64,000 nucleotides of DNA, from contig CADAND010000010.1 of the NCBI GenBank assembly GCA_902789245.1, forward strand, positions 9,323 through 73,322. Direction: 5' to 3'. Within the stretch, counting starts at the first letter, position 1. Each line of letters opens with the position of its first letter. The DNA is from an uncultured Bacteroidia bacterium (GTDB lineage Bacteria > Bacteroidota > Bacteroidia > Bacteroidales > UBA932). Under the pieces are notes generated by a model. It ran no database searches, was not told where the DNA came from, and was given only the letters and a program-made list of their open reading frames with translations. Of this stretch, positions 35,782-45,410 are shown in pieces. The translations under genes were made by a program, and so were the position numbers.

Positions 35782-35818
35782 AAAAAAGGCCATCGGCGGA
35801 TGCCGACGGCCTTTTTTG
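35782..35818. terminator. bidirectional rho-independent terminator (serves vanX-like gene and tmRNA)
   Basis: AAAAAA-GGCCATCGGC-GGAT-GCCGACGGCC-TTTTTT. Confidence 0.85.
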
Positions 35819-36211
35819 TGGAGATGGGCGGAGTCGAACCGCCGTCCAAACAGAGTCCCAGGTAGCTTTCTACACGCTTATCCTTTCTTTGATTGTCGGC
35901 CCGGAGCTGCCGGAAGGCAGGCCACTACGGGCTTATCCTCTGAATCTTAGCGGTCCTTAGAGGCGTCTGAGCCGCGCATCCGGTTTTGATGATACCCCTG
36001 GATCCAGACTGAACCGGCCTAAAGCTGGAGGGATATACGTCGTTCCGCAGCCTAGGCGGAAGCGATTGATGCTCAATCTCTTGGAGATTAGCAAGCGTAT
36101 GAATAATTGTAGTTGCCAGTTATGGCTCGAAGACTGGGATTTACGGGTCAGCCTCCTACACCCGACGTGCTTACCATCCGAAATCAGTGCTGTCGAAACC
36201 AGAACATCCCC
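35819..36211 (-). ncRNA. ssrA: tmRNA (transfer-messenger RNA)
   Basis: 5-prime GGGGATGTTCTGGTTTCGACAGC...; 3-prime ...GGACGGCGGTTCGACTCCGCCCATCTCCA. The acceptor stem has the G3:U70 pair and there is a T-arm. Internal tag ORF at 36088-36117. Confidence 0.9.
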
Positions 36212-36221
36212 GAAGTGTAAG

Positions 36222-36299
36222 TGGTGGGAGATACTGGGTTCGAACCAGTGACCCCTTGCTTGTAAGGCAAGTGCTCTGAACCAACTGAGCTAATCTCCC
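36222..36299 (-). tRNA. tRNA-Val (anticodon TAC), CCA encoded
   Basis: GGGAGATTAGCTCAGTTGGTTCAGAGCACTTGCCTTACAAGCAAGGGGTCACTGGTTCGAACCCAGTATCTCCCACCA folds as a cloverleaf; anticodon loop CTTACAA. Confidence 0.95.
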
Positions 36300-36309
36300 A
36301 AAGGGACTG

Positions 36310-36317
36310 CAAAGATA
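36310..36317 (-). promoter_or_regulatory. -7 box TATCTTTG for tRNA-Val/tmRNA transcription unit
   Basis: Minus strand reads CTATCTTTGCAGTCCCTTT followed by the tRNA 5-prime end. Confidence 0.65.
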
Positions 36318-36339
36318 GTTTATTTTCGCAATCCTGCCA

Positions 36340-36368
36340 AATAAAACAGAGCCCGGTCGGGACCGGGC
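36340..36368 (-). terminator. rho-independent terminator of GH95 gene
   Basis: Minus strand GCCCGGTCCCGACCGGGC followed by TCTGTTTTATTT. Confidence 0.75.
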
Positions 36369-36391
36369 AGGACAAGAAAGGACTGGCCGCG

Positions 36392-38710
36392 CTAGTACAC
36401 CCGGAAGCGGCGGAGTTTGCCATGACGCCAGCTGAGTTCGACCGTCTGGCCACTGCGGGTACGCAAGCCGGACACATGGCCGTCAGGCCAGGCGGCAGGC
36501 AAGGCCGGGAGCGGCGTCACGGTGCCGTCTGCCGAAGACTGCAACAACATCTCCGCCACACCGGCGCAAGCGCCGAAATTGCCGTCAATCTGGAACGGCG
36601 GATGCGCATCCAGCAGGTTGGGATAGGTGCCTCCCCCGCCCTGATAGTCAGGCTCGTCGCTCTGCGAATCCGGACTGACGTAGCGCAGGATGCGGCGATA
36701 CATCCGGTAGGCATTCTCACCGTCGCCCAGGCGGGCATACAGGTTGATGCGCCAGCCACAACTCCATCCGGTCGTCTCGAATCCCTTGATCTCCAACGTC
36801 TTCAGCGCAGCATCCGCCAACGGTCCATCGACAATCTGGTGCCCCGGATAGACACCGACCAGATGGGTCTGGTGCCGGTGCTGCGGCTCCCAATCCGCCC
36901 AGTCGTAGAACCATTCCTGAAGATTGCCGGCTGCGCCTACCTGATAGGGATGCAGGCGCGAAAGCGCCGCTTCAGCCTCATCGACAAACGCTTCATCCAC
37001 TGCCAGTTCGCGCGCAGCAGCCACGGCATCCGTCAGGCATTCGCGAATGATGGCAAGGTCGGCCGTAGCACCGTAGAGCGTCGCACCGCGCACGCCCTTG
37101 TCCGAGATGTAGAAATTTTCCGGCGAGGTGCCGGGCGAGGTGATCAATTCGCCGTCGCGCTCCACCAGCCAGTCCAGGCAGAACTCCGCAGCACCGCGCA
37201 GCACCGGATAATCCCGTTCCAGGCGGGCACGGTCGCGGCTGAACAGCCAGTGCTCCCAAAGATGCGTGGACAGCCAGGCGCCGCCCATGGTCCAGTTGGC
37301 CCAGCTGGACATACCGGTTCCCAGGCCCACGGGGCAGGCCATGGCCCAGATGTCCGTGTTGTGGCCGGCATTCCAACCCCGCAGGACGCCATAGTAGTGC
37401 GCCGCAGCGTCGTGTCCGTTCCGGGAGAGGTCGTGTATGAAGTCCAGCAAGGGCTCGTGCAGCTCGCCCAGGCCGGTGACTTCGGCGGGCCAGTAATTCT
37501 CCTCGACATTGATATTGGCGGTGTAGTTGCAACTCCACGGCGGTTCCACGCTTTCATTCCACAGGCCCTGCAGGTTGGCGGGAACGCCGGAAGTGCGCGA
37601 CGACGCAATCAGCAGATAGCGGCCATACTGGAAGTAGAGCGCCTCAAGTTCGGGATTGGCTGCACCCCCGGCATACAGCCGCAGTTGCTCGTCGGTCGGC
37701 AACGCGCGCGTCGCTGCATCCGTGCGGCCGAGATCGAGCGAGACGCGGCCAAAGAGTGCCTGGTAGTCGCTCAGGTGTCGCAGCAGCAGCGTCTCGTCAT
37801 CAAGCGCTCCCACCCGGGCGGCGGCAGCGTCCGCCAACTCCCGATACGGCCGGCCCTCCCGGACCGGGTCCTTGTCGAATCCATTGAAACTCGTGGCGTT
37901 GACCACGAGCAGTGTCGCCTCGCGGCAGCCTTCGAGCAGCAATTCCCCGCCTTCCGTGCGAACTGTGCCGCCTTCCGGTCTGACAGACAGCACCGTCCGG
38001 AAATGGATGCCACGTGCGGGATCATAACGCAACTGGTCCTCGCCGCTTCGATAATAACCAGGATAGGTGTGCCAGGCGGCATAGCCGTCACTGACGAGCG
38101 CACCCTCGCGGCCCAAAACATCGTGCGGCAGCGGAGAATCGAGCCGTATCCGCACGTGCAGCCCGCCCTCTGCCCGCATCTTCACCACGATGACGGAGTC
38201 GGGCGCGGACACGAAGTATGTCGTCTCGTAGGGCCGTCCGTCGCGCAGGTAGGAGGTCCGGGCCACGGCAGTCTCCAAGTCCAGTTCCCGGCGGTAGCCG
38301 CTGATCTCGCCGCCGTCCAGGTGGCGGATCCAGAGCGTGCCAAGCGGCATATAGGACTCGCTGAAATGGCCCTGCACCTGCCGCTGCAGGCGCTCCGCCG
38401 CCCGGTAATCGTCCTGCGCAAGCGCTTCACGGATCTGCGGAATCGCCTCAGCCGCATGCGCACCGATACCATCCTGCAGGTCTGGATGCTGTGTCCCGCG
38501 GTCCGGTTCGCCGGTCCACAAAGTAATATCGTTAAGGGAGATACGCTCCTCGTCCGTCCCGCCATAGACCAGTACGCCCAGGCGGCCGTTGCCCAGCGGG
38601 AGCGCCTCGTCGAGGCTGTTTGCCGGGCGATCATAGTGAAGCGTCAGAGAAGCGGATGTGCAGGCTGCCAACGGAAGCAGCAGGAACAGGAGGAACGGAA
38701 AACGGGTCAT
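36392..38710 (-). CDS. glycoside hydrolase family 95 (alpha-L-fucosidase-like)
   Basis: [36 protein letters not shown]-terminus and [31 protein letters not shown] core motif; lipoprotein-like signal LLPLAAC. Confidence 0.9.
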   Translation of the reverse strand: MTRFPFLLFLLLPLAACTSASLTLHYDRPANSLDEALPLGNGRLGVLVYGGTDEERISLNDITLWTGEPDRGTQHPDLQDGIGAHAAEAIPQIREALAQDDYRAAERLQRQVQGHFSESYMPLGTLWIRHLDGGEISGYRRELDLETAVARTSYLRDGRPYETTYFVSAPDSVIVVKMRAEGGLHVRIRLDSPLPHDVLGREGALVSDGYAAWHTYPGYYRSGEDQLRYDPARGIHFRTVLSVRPEGGTVRTEGGELLLEGCREATLLVVNATSFNGFDKDPVREGRPYRELADAAAARVGALDDETLLLRHLSDYQALFGRVSLDLGRTDAATRALPTDEQLRLYAGGAANPELEALYFQYGRYLLIASSRTSGVPANLQGLWNESVEPPWSCNYTANINVEENYWPAEVTGLGELHEPLLDFIHDLSRNGHDAAAHYYGVLRGWNAGHNTDIWAMACPVGLGTGMSSWANWTMGGAWLSTHLWEHWLFSRDRARLERDYPVLRGAAEFCLDWLVERDGELITSPGTSPENFYISDKGVRGATLYGATADLAIIRECLTDAVAAARELAVDEAFVDEAEAALSRLHPYQVGAAGNLQEWFYDWADWEPQHRHQTHLVGVYPGHQIVDGPLADAALKTLEIKGFETTGWSCGWRINLYARLGDGENAYRMYRRILRYVSPDSQSDEPDYQGGGGTYPNLLDAHPPFQIDGNFGACAGVAEMLLQSSADGTVTPLPALPAAWPDGHVSGLRTRSGQTVELSWRHGKLRRFRVY

Positions 38711-38795
38711 GACTGTGGGATTTATGCCAAAAATAAGGATTTATTTGTTATAAATGTTCGGAATTCTTGCTATTTTCGCTTTTCAAACTAACCAC

Positions 38796-39794
38796 ATGAT
38801 CATACGAAACAAGAAATATCTCGCTGTCGCCGCCCTGCTGCTTTGCAGCGCCTCGGCCGCCCAGCCGAAGGTCACGCAGCTGTATTTCGACACCCGCGCC
38901 TCCTTCCACCAGGAATGGGAGAACGGGAAGTACAGCAGCCAGTTCACCGGCGACCACTTCAACCTGAACATCCGCGGCCAGCTCACGGACAAGCTCGATT
39001 TCCGCATCCGCCAGCGGCTCAACAAAGCGGTCTTCGACGCGAAGAACATCTTCAATGCCACGGACTTCCTGTATCTCCGCTGGCAGGCCACGCCCAAGCT
39101 GGCGCTGACCGCGGGCAAGAACGCCCTCTTCATCGGCGGCTATGAGTTCGACGCCGTCCCGATCGACGTCTACTACTACAGCAATTTCTGCAACAACCTC
39201 TACGAGGGTTTCTCCTTCGGCGTGAACGCCGAATACGAATTCCTCCCCGGGCAGGTGCTGGCCTTCCAGTTCTGCAACTCTCCCCTGTCGCTGGCCTTCC
39301 AGAACATCTACGCCTACAACCTGGCGTGGTTCGGCCACGTGATGCCCTGGTGGAACACCATCTGGAGTGTCAACTTCGTCCAGGACGAGTACAATCGCTT
39401 CATCAACTACATCGCCCTCGGCAACCGCTTCATTTTCGGGCCGCTGGCCATCGACCTGGAGTGGATGAACCGCGCCGGCATGGGCCAGAAGCGCTTCTTC
39501 TCGGACTTCACCGTGATTTCGAAGATTATCTGGACCGTCGGGAAATGGAACATCTGCGCCAAGGGCGGCTACGAGGAGAACCCCTGGGAGAATGTGGACG
39601 CACAGGGCCGGGCGCTCGACCTGGCCGTCGCCCCGGGCACGCGCAACATCTACGCCGGCTGCGGCGTGGAGTTCTTCCCCCTGGCCGACCGGGACAAGCT
39701 CCGCCTGCACGCGGTCTATTTCCGCAGCAGCTCCCTCGGCGTGGGCAATTTCGACATCGGCGTCACCTGGCGTCTGGATATTATTAAAAGATAA
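38796..39794 (+). CDS. outer-membrane porin (phosphate-selective porin O/P-like)
   Basis: Signal MIIRNKKYLAVAALLLCSASAAQ. Beta-strand periodicity throughout, terminal aromatic strand (FDIGVTWRLDI). The family call is tentative. Confidence 0.6.
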   Translation: MIIRNKKYLAVAALLLCSASAAQPKVTQLYFDTRASFHQEWENGKYSSQFTGDHFNLNIRGQLTDKLDFRIRQRLNKAVFDAKNIFNATDFLYLRWQATPKLALTAGKNALFIGGYEFDAVPIDVYYYSNFCNNLYEGFSFGVNAEYEFLPGQVLAFQFCNSPLSLAFQNIYAYNLAWFGHVMPWWNTIWSVNFVQDEYNRFINYIALGNRFIFGPLAIDLEWMNRAGMGQKRFFSDFTVISKIIWTVGKWNICAKGGYEENPWENVDAQGRALDLAVAPGTRNIYAGCGVEFFPLADRDKLRLHAVYFRSSSLGVGNFDIGVTWRLDIIKR

Positions 39795-39844
39795 ATTAGG
39801 AATCTTCGCAAATTATCCGTATCTTCGGGAAGATTAACCACATA

Positions 39845-40528
39845 ATGGACCCCATCAGAATTATTGAGATCAAGAAAAGCGTCTTCGCGGACAACAACGA
39901 GGACGCCGAGGCATTGCGTCGGGAACTGAAAGCCCGGGGCGTTTACCTGCTGAACCTGATGTCTTCCCCCGGCAGCGGCAAGACCACGACCCTGATCCGC
40001 ACGCTGAACCTGCTCAAGGACCGGCTCCGCATCGCCGTCATGGAAGCCGACATCGACAGTGACGTCGATGCCGTCAAGATCAAGGAGGCTACAGGCGTAT
40101 CATCCATCCAGCTCCATACGGGCGGCATGTGCCACCTGGATGCGGAGATGACCCGCCAGGGGCTCTCGGGGGTGGACGTGCCGGACCTGGACCTCGTGGT
40201 CCTGGAGAACGTGGGCAACCTAGTCTGCCCGGCCGAGTTCGACACCGGCGCCGTGCGCAACGCCATGATCCTCTCCGTGCCGGAAGGCGACGACAAACCG
40301 CTGAAGTATCCGCTGATGTTCTCCGTCTGCGACACGGTCGTCATCAATAAGATCGACGTGCTGCCCTACTTCGACTTCAACCTGGAGAAGTGCCGGGAAT
40401 ACATCCTCCGGCGCAACCCCAGGGCGCGCATCTTCCCCCTCTGCGCCAAGACCGGCGAGGGCGTCGAAGCGTTCGCCGACTGGCTGTACGGCGAAGTCAT
40501 TTCCTGGAAAAACACACAAAACCGATAA
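39845..40528 (+). CDS. hypB: hydrogenase/urease-type nickel-incorporation GTPase HypB
   Basis: SSPGSGKTTTL P-loop, HTGGMCHLDA, ENVGNLVCPAEFD, INKIDVLPYFDF. No N-terminal His-rich or CxxCGC segment. Confidence 0.9.
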   Translation: MDPIRIIEIKKSVFADNNEDAEALRRELKARGVYLLNLMSSPGSGKTTTLIRTLNLLKDRLRIAVMEADIDSDVDAVKIKEATGVSSIQLHTGGMCHLDAEMTRQGLSGVDVPDLDLVVLENVGNLVCPAEFDTGAVRNAMILSVPEGDDKPLKYPLMFSVCDTVVINKIDVLPYFDFNLEKCREYILRRNPRARIFPLCAKTGEGVEAFADWLYGEVISWKNTQNR

Positions 40529-40531
40529 CCT

Positions 40532-43357
40532 ATGCCTGAGATGTCCACCAAATTTGTCCCCAAGCACAAAGGGGACAAGAATCCCAATCCCAAACTGCTC
40601 AAGTTCGTCCGTCACGTGACAGACCGAGTCCCGGGCAAGATCAAGATGGACTCCGACGCCCCGGAGTACTGGGGACTCGCCTGCATCTTCGAGGACGAGA
40701 TGGACGCCGCGACCCGGGAGGCCTCGCTGGACCTGCTGCTGGACATGCTGCCCGGCAACTTCTTCAAGGTCCGCAAGCACCATGGCTACGCCCAGCTCCA
40801 TGAGATGAACGCCGCGAAGCACTACACCCCGGATGACGCCAGCTTCGACGAGCTCCTGGACAAGCTCGCCTATTTCGGCATGCTGGAATACGACTACGGC
40901 GACAAATACACGAAGGACGGGCCGGTGCCCGGCACCACTTACGAGCGGAAGGACCGCATCTACTGGGTCCCGATGTTCGTGCCCGGCAGCGCCGAGTACA
41001 CCAACATGAACACGGAACTGATGGACCGGCACCCCGAACTGGCCATGTTCTTCGAACGGATGACCTTCCTGCCGCTGGAGAAGATCACCCCCATGGTCCC
41101 GATGGGCGGTTCCGGCATCGGCATGCACGTGATTCCGGTGGAGAAGGCCATCTCCATGGAGAACCAGTCCGTTGACATCGAGCACATTTCCTACTGGCTC
41201 AAGAAATACGAAGGCCACATCGGCGTGGGTATCTGCTCCTGCCGCTACGGCCGCAAGAAGCTGGACGAAGGCTGCGCCGACGACTACCGGGACTGGTGCA
41301 TCGGCGTGGGCGACATGGCCGACTACCTGCGCGAGACGGGACGCGGCCACGACATCAGCTACGATGAGGCCATGGCCATCCTCCGCAAGGCCGAGGACCA
41401 TGGCTTCGTGCACCAGGTCACCAACATCGACGGCGAAGGCAAGATCTTCGCGATCTGCAACTGCAACGTCAAGATATGCAACGCGTTGCGCACTTCGCAG
41501 CTATTCAATACCCCCAACATGTCGCGCAGCGCCTATGTCGCGAAGGTGGACCCGAAGAACTGCGTCGCCTGCGGCCGCTGCGTGGAGTACTGCCCCGCCG
41601 GCGCCGTGAAGCTGGGCCAGAAGCTCTGCACCAAGAGCGGCCCCATGACCTATCCCAAACAGGAGCTTCCGGACGCCGCCAAATGGGGTCCGGAGAAGTG
41701 GAACGAAGACTACCGCGACCGCAACCGCATCAACTGCTACCCCAGCGGAACGGCCCCCTGCAAGACGGCCTGCCCGGCGCACATCGCCGTCCAGGGCTAT
41801 CTGAAGAAGGCCGCCGAAGGCAAATACACCGAAGCGCTGGAGCTCATCAAGCGGGAGAATCCCTTCCCCGCCGTGTGCGGACGCGTCTGCAACCGCCGCT
41901 GCGAGGACGCCTGCACGCGCGGCACCATCGACCAGCCCATCGCGATCGACGCCGTCAAGAAGTTCATCGCGGAGCAGGACCTGAACGCCGGGACCCGCTT
42001 TGTCCCGGAGGTGAACATCTGCTCCAACGTGGAGGAGCGCTGGCCGCAGAAGATCGCCGTCATCGGCGGCGGACCGGCCGGCCTGAGCTGCGCCTATTAC
42101 CTCGCCGCCATGGGCTACAAGCCGACCGTTTTCGAGAAGAACGCGGAGCCGGGCGGCATGCTGCGCTACGGCATTCCTTCCTACAAGCTCGGCAAGGACG
42201 TCCTGAAGGCGGAGATCGACATCATGCGCGAGATCGGCGTGGATATCCGCACGGGCGTGGAAGTCGGCCGGGACGTGACCATCGCCGGCCTGCGCGAGGA
42301 AGGCTATGCGGGCTTCTACGTGGCCATCGGCTGCCAGGGCGGCAGATTGCCCGGCATTCCCGGCGAGACGCTTCCCGGCACGACCACGGCCATTGATTTC
42401 CTGCGCGACGCCAATTGCGGCGAACGCTCTCTCAGCGGCAAGGTGGTGGTGGTCGGCGGCGGCAACGTCGCGATCGACGCGGCCCGCGTGGCCAAGCGCA
42501 GCGGCGCCTCGTCCGTCACGATGCTCTCGCTCGAGACCGAGGACATCATGCCGGCCTCCCCGGAGGAGCGCCGCGAGGCCCGCGAGGACGGCGTGGTGCT
42601 GAATCCGGGCTGGGGTCCCAAAGAGGTCCTCGGCGACGGGAAAGTCAGCGGCATCGTCTTCAAGAAGTGCACTTCCGTATTCGACGCAGAGCACAAGTTC
42701 GCACCGGAATACGATGAGAATGAGCTCCTTACGCTCGAAGCCGACCTGATCATCTTCGCCATCGGCCAGACCGTCGTGCTGAAGGATCTGCTGAAGGACA
42801 CGAAGGTGGAGTTCTTCCGCGGCGTGTATCCGGTGGCGGACAAGCTCACCTACCAGACGGCGGAGCCGGACATCTTCGTGGGCGGCGACGTCTTCACGGG
42901 TCCGAAATTCGCCATCGACGCCATCGCGGCCGGCAAGGAGGCCGCCGAGTCCCTGCACCGCTTCGTGCAGCACGGCCACATGACCATCGGGCGCAACCGC
43001 CGCGACTTCATCGAGCTGGACAAACAGGATATCCGGGTCGAGTCCTATGACAACGGTTCCCGCCAGGATCCGGGCATACACGAAGACAGGAAGCCGTTCC
43101 AGGAATACGCCGGCACCCTCACCGAGGAGCAGGTCCGCAAGGAGACGGCGCGCTGCCTGAGCTGCGGCGCTTCCGTTGTGGACGAGAACCGCTGCATCGG
43201 CTGCGGCATCTGCACGACCAAGTGCGGATTCGACGCCATCCACCTCTACCGCGAGCATCCGGAGGCGAGCGTCATGCGCACGTCCGAGGACAAGTTCAGC
43301 GGCATCCTGCCCTACATGATCAAGCGCACCGGCAAGATCCTGTTCAAAAAGAAATAG
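40532..43357 (+). CDS. multidomain Fe-S flavoprotein: Cys-rich N-domain + 4Fe-4S ferredoxin motifs + GltD-like NAD(P)H/FAD oxidoreductase
   Basis: ICSCRYGRKKLDEGC...AICNCNVKICNAL; CVACGRCVEYCP; CKTACPAH...CGRVCNRRCEDACTRG (glutamate synthase small-subunit-like); KIAVIGGGPAGLSCAYYLA and GKVVVVGGGNVAIDAAR dinucleotide folds; C-terminal CLSCG...CIGCGICTTKC. Confidence 0.8.
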   Translation: MPEMSTKFVPKHKGDKNPNPKLLKFVRHVTDRVPGKIKMDSDAPEYWGLACIFEDEMDAATREASLDLLLDMLPGNFFKVRKHHGYAQLHEMNAAKHYTPDDASFDELLDKLAYFGMLEYDYGDKYTKDGPVPGTTYERKDRIYWVPMFVPGSAEYTNMNTELMDRHPELAMFFERMTFLPLEKITPMVPMGGSGIGMHVIPVEKAISMENQSVDIEHISYWLKKYEGHIGVGICSCRYGRKKLDEGCADDYRDWCIGVGDMADYLRETGRGHDISYDEAMAILRKAEDHGFVHQVTNIDGEGKIFAICNCNVKICNALRTSQLFNTPNMSRSAYVAKVDPKNCVACGRCVEYCPAGAVKLGQKLCTKSGPMTYPKQELPDAAKWGPEKWNEDYRDRNRINCYPSGTAPCKTACPAHIAVQGYLKKAAEGKYTEALELIKRENPFPAVCGRVCNRRCEDACTRGTIDQPIAIDAVKKFIAEQDLNAGTRFVPEVNICSNVEERWPQKIAVIGGGPAGLSCAYYLAAMGYKPTVFEKNAEPGGMLRYGIPSYKLGKDVLKAEIDIMREIGVDIRTGVEVGRDVTIAGLREEGYAGFYVAIGCQGGRLPGIPGETLPGTTTAIDFLRDANCGERSLSGKVVVVGGGNVAIDAARVAKRSGASSVTMLSLETEDIMPASPEERREAREDGVVLNPGWGPKEVLGDGKVSGIVFKKCTSVFDAEHKFAPEYDENELLTLEADLIIFAIGQTVVLKDLLKDTKVEFFRGVYPVADKLTYQTAEPDIFVGGDVFTGPKFAIDAIAAGKEAAESLHRFVQHGHMTIGRNRRDFIELDKQDIRVESYDNGSRQDPGIHEDRKPFQEYAGTLTEEQVRKETARCLSCGASVVDENRCIGCGICTTKCGFDAIHLYREHPEASVMRTSEDKFSGILPYMIKRTGKILFKKK

Positions 43358-43365
43358 CCCCGACC

Positions 43366-43707
43366 ATGCACGAACTGGGAATCGTCTTCTACATCATCCG
43401 GGACGTCAAGAAAGTCGCCGAGCAGAACCAGGTGGAGCACGTCTCCGCCGTGGTGATGGACATCGGCGAAGTGTCGACGGTCGTCCCGGAGTACCTGACG
43501 GACTGCTGGCGCTGGGCGGCCGACAAAGAGGAGATGCTGCGGGGCTGCGAGCTCAAGGTGAACCTGCTCCCGGCCGTCAGCTACTGCGAGGACTGCCAGC
43601 GCGAATACCCGACCGTGCAATATGGGAAAACCTGTCCGAACTGCCAGAGTGAAAGGACATATCTACTGAAAGGTAACGAAATAGAAATCAAAGAAATAGA
43701 AGTTTAG
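43366..43707 (+). CDS. hypA: nickel metallochaperone HypA
   Basis: MHELGIV N-terminal Ni site; Zn site CEDC...CPNC; 113 aa. It is the 3-prime part of track ORF 43222..43707. Confidence 0.9.
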   Translation: MHELGIVFYIIRDVKKVAEQNQVEHVSAVVMDIGEVSTVVPEYLTDCWRWAADKEEMLRGCELKVNLLPAVSYCEDCQREYPTVQYGKTCPNCQSERTYLLKGNEIEIKEIEV

Positions 43708-43711
43708 AACC

Positions 43712-44038
43712 ATGGCTTGTTTTGTTGTTCCCCTGGTACAGGCTATTGCCACCAGCGTCCTGCGCAAGCGGGGCCGGAAAGACGGCTTTGTCGGCCGCAA
43801 CCTCGCTTCCCTGGAGCTCATGCTCTGGGGCGGCAGCGTCATGCTCATCGTGGACCACATCATCAACGGCGAACTCACCTGGCGCTTCCCCTTCTTCACC
43901 GCCCTCGGGGTCGAGGGCGGCGGTGCGGTGATGCTCCGGGAGATGCTCACGGTCGGCGTCCCGATGTCCCTGGTCATCACCGCCCTCTGGGTCGTCCTGG
44001 CCCTGCTGAAAGAACGACGCCCCCACCCCGCCGTATAG
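43712..44038 (+). CDS. small membrane protein of unknown function, 4 nt downstream of hypA
   Basis: 108 aa with 3 predicted helices (MACFVVPLVQAIATSVL, LMLWGGSVMLIVDHII, VGVPMSLVITALWVVLALL). Confidence 0.55.
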   Translation: MACFVVPLVQAIATSVLRKRGRKDGFVGRNLASLELMLWGGSVMLIVDHIINGELTWRFPFFTALGVEGGGAVMLREMLTVGVPMSLVITALWVVLALLKERRPHPAV

Positions 44039-44100
44039 TCATTCCGGGCTTGACCCGGAATCTCCAAGCACACAGTATAACCTACTAATAACTATTTCCT

Positions 44101-45198
44101 ATGTTTTTCCAAGTTTACGGGCCTCACGCCCTCTCTCAATGGCTGATGCTTCTCGTCGTCCTGGCGGGACTCATCCTGTTCAATGAATTCGCCCGCCGCA
44201 CCAAGTTCGGCGGCATCGTCACCTTCCTGGTCATTCCGCTGGCCCTGTCCGTGTACTTCCTCGCCATCCTGTTCGGCGTCAGGAGCGGCGCCCAGTGGGC
44301 CCTGGAGAACCAGACCCACGTCTACATGCAGGGCTGGTTCCACTACGCCAAGCTGTACGCCGCCACGGCCGGGTGTATCGGCTTCATGATGATCAAGTAC
44401 AAATGGGGCATCGGAGCCAGGCACTGGTTCAAGCCCTTCCCCTTCATCATCGTGGGCATCAACATCCTGATCGCCTGCGTGTCCGACTTCGAGAGCGCCG
44501 TCATGGGCTGGAACAAGTGGTGGCTCACCTCCGAGGGCGTCTGGCAGTACGGCGGCTGGCACAACGTGATGAACGGCGTGGCCGGCCTGCTGAACATCTT
44601 CTGCATGACCGCCTGGTGGAACGTCTATCCTTCCAAGGACAAGAAGGACATGATCTGGGCCGACATGACCTGGGTGTACATCCTGGTCTATGACATCTGG
44701 AACTTCGCCTACACCTACAACTGCCTGCCCACGCACTCCTGGTACTGCGGTATCGCCCTGCTGCTCGCCCCGACCATCGCGGCCCTCTGCTGGAACCGCG
44801 GCGGCTGGATCCAGAACCGCGCCAACACCCTGGCCATCTGGTGCATGTTCGCCCAGGTGTTCCCGCTCTTCCAGGAAACCTTCAAGAACGGCCAGCAGTG
44901 GTTCTCCTGGGCCACCCTGCCCGTCCTCTACCCGAACGGCACCGCCACCATCGAGCAGCTGTACGCAGCCGCAGGCGGCGATGCGGCCGTCGTGGGCACG
45001 ACCGTGGATCCGTCCGTCGTGGCGGCCAATCCCACGATGATGGTCGTGATCAGCGCCCTCGCGCTCGTCACCAACTGCGCTGCCCTGTGCTACATCATCG
45101 CCCAGAGCAAGAAGCGCCACATCAACCCGTACAAGCAGGACGTCTTCGTGGACCAGAAATACTACAAAGACGCCATGGCCCGCGCCGTCGTCGACTAG
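44101..45198 (+). CDS. polytopic Trp-rich membrane protein of unknown function
   Basis: 365 aa, about 9 hydrophobic segments, many W/Y (WWLTSEGVWQYGGWHNVMNG, WWNVYPS); no transporter signature recognised. Confidence 0.65.
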   Translation: MFFQVYGPHALSQWLMLLVVLAGLILFNEFARRTKFGGIVTFLVIPLALSVYFLAILFGVRSGAQWALENQTHVYMQGWFHYAKLYAATAGCIGFMMIKYKWGIGARHWFKPFPFIIVGINILIACVSDFESAVMGWNKWWLTSEGVWQYGGWHNVMNGVAGLLNIFCMTAWWNVYPSKDKKDMIWADMTWVYILVYDIWNFAYTYNCLPTHSWYCGIALLLAPTIAALCWNRGGWIQNRANTLAIWCMFAQVFPLFQETFKNGQQWFSWATLPVLYPNGTATIEQLYAAAGGDAAVVGTTVDPSVVAANPTMMVVISALALVTNCAALCYIIAQSKKRHINPYKQDVFVDQKYYKDAMARAVVD

Positions 45199-45219
45199 CC
45201 GACAAGCGCATATACATAC

Positions 45220-45253
45220 GAAAAAGCCCTGCAGCATCCTGCAGGGCTTTTTG
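45220..45253. terminator. bidirectional rho-independent terminator
   Basis: GAAAAA-AGCCCTGCAG-CATC-CTGCAGGGCT-TTTT, directly abutting the tRNA-Ser 3-prime end. Confidence 0.85.
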
Positions 45254-45341
45254 CGGAGAGACAGGGATTCGAACCCTGGAACCGCTTTGGACGGTCACAC
45301 GCTTTCCAGACGTGCCTCTTCAGCCACTCGAGCATCTCTCC
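45254..45341 (-). tRNA. tRNA-Ser (anticodon GGA), long variable arm, CCA not encoded
   Basis: GGAGAGATGCTCGAGTGGCTGAAGAGGCACGTCTGGAAAGCGTGTGACCGTCCAAAGCGGTTCCAGGGTTCGAATCCCTGTCTCTCCG; anticodon loop CTGGAAA. Confidence 0.95.
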
Positions 45342-45352
45342 AAACGGGACTG

Positions 45353-45360
45353 CAAATATA
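45353..45360 (-). promoter_or_regulatory. -7 box TATATTTG for tRNA-Ser
   Basis: Minus strand CTATATTTGCAGTCCCGTTT followed by the tRNA 5-prime end. Confidence 0.65.
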
Positions 45361-45410
45361 GAAAGTTTTTTTTAATTATTATATTTGTCGACGATAAAAA
45401 GATCACCAAT

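Noticed and set aside
36422-38791. 789-aa plus-strand ORF opposite the GH95 gene
   Set aside because: Same reasoning: it is antisense to a gene with unmistakable GH95 motifs, and no domain signature of its own was found.
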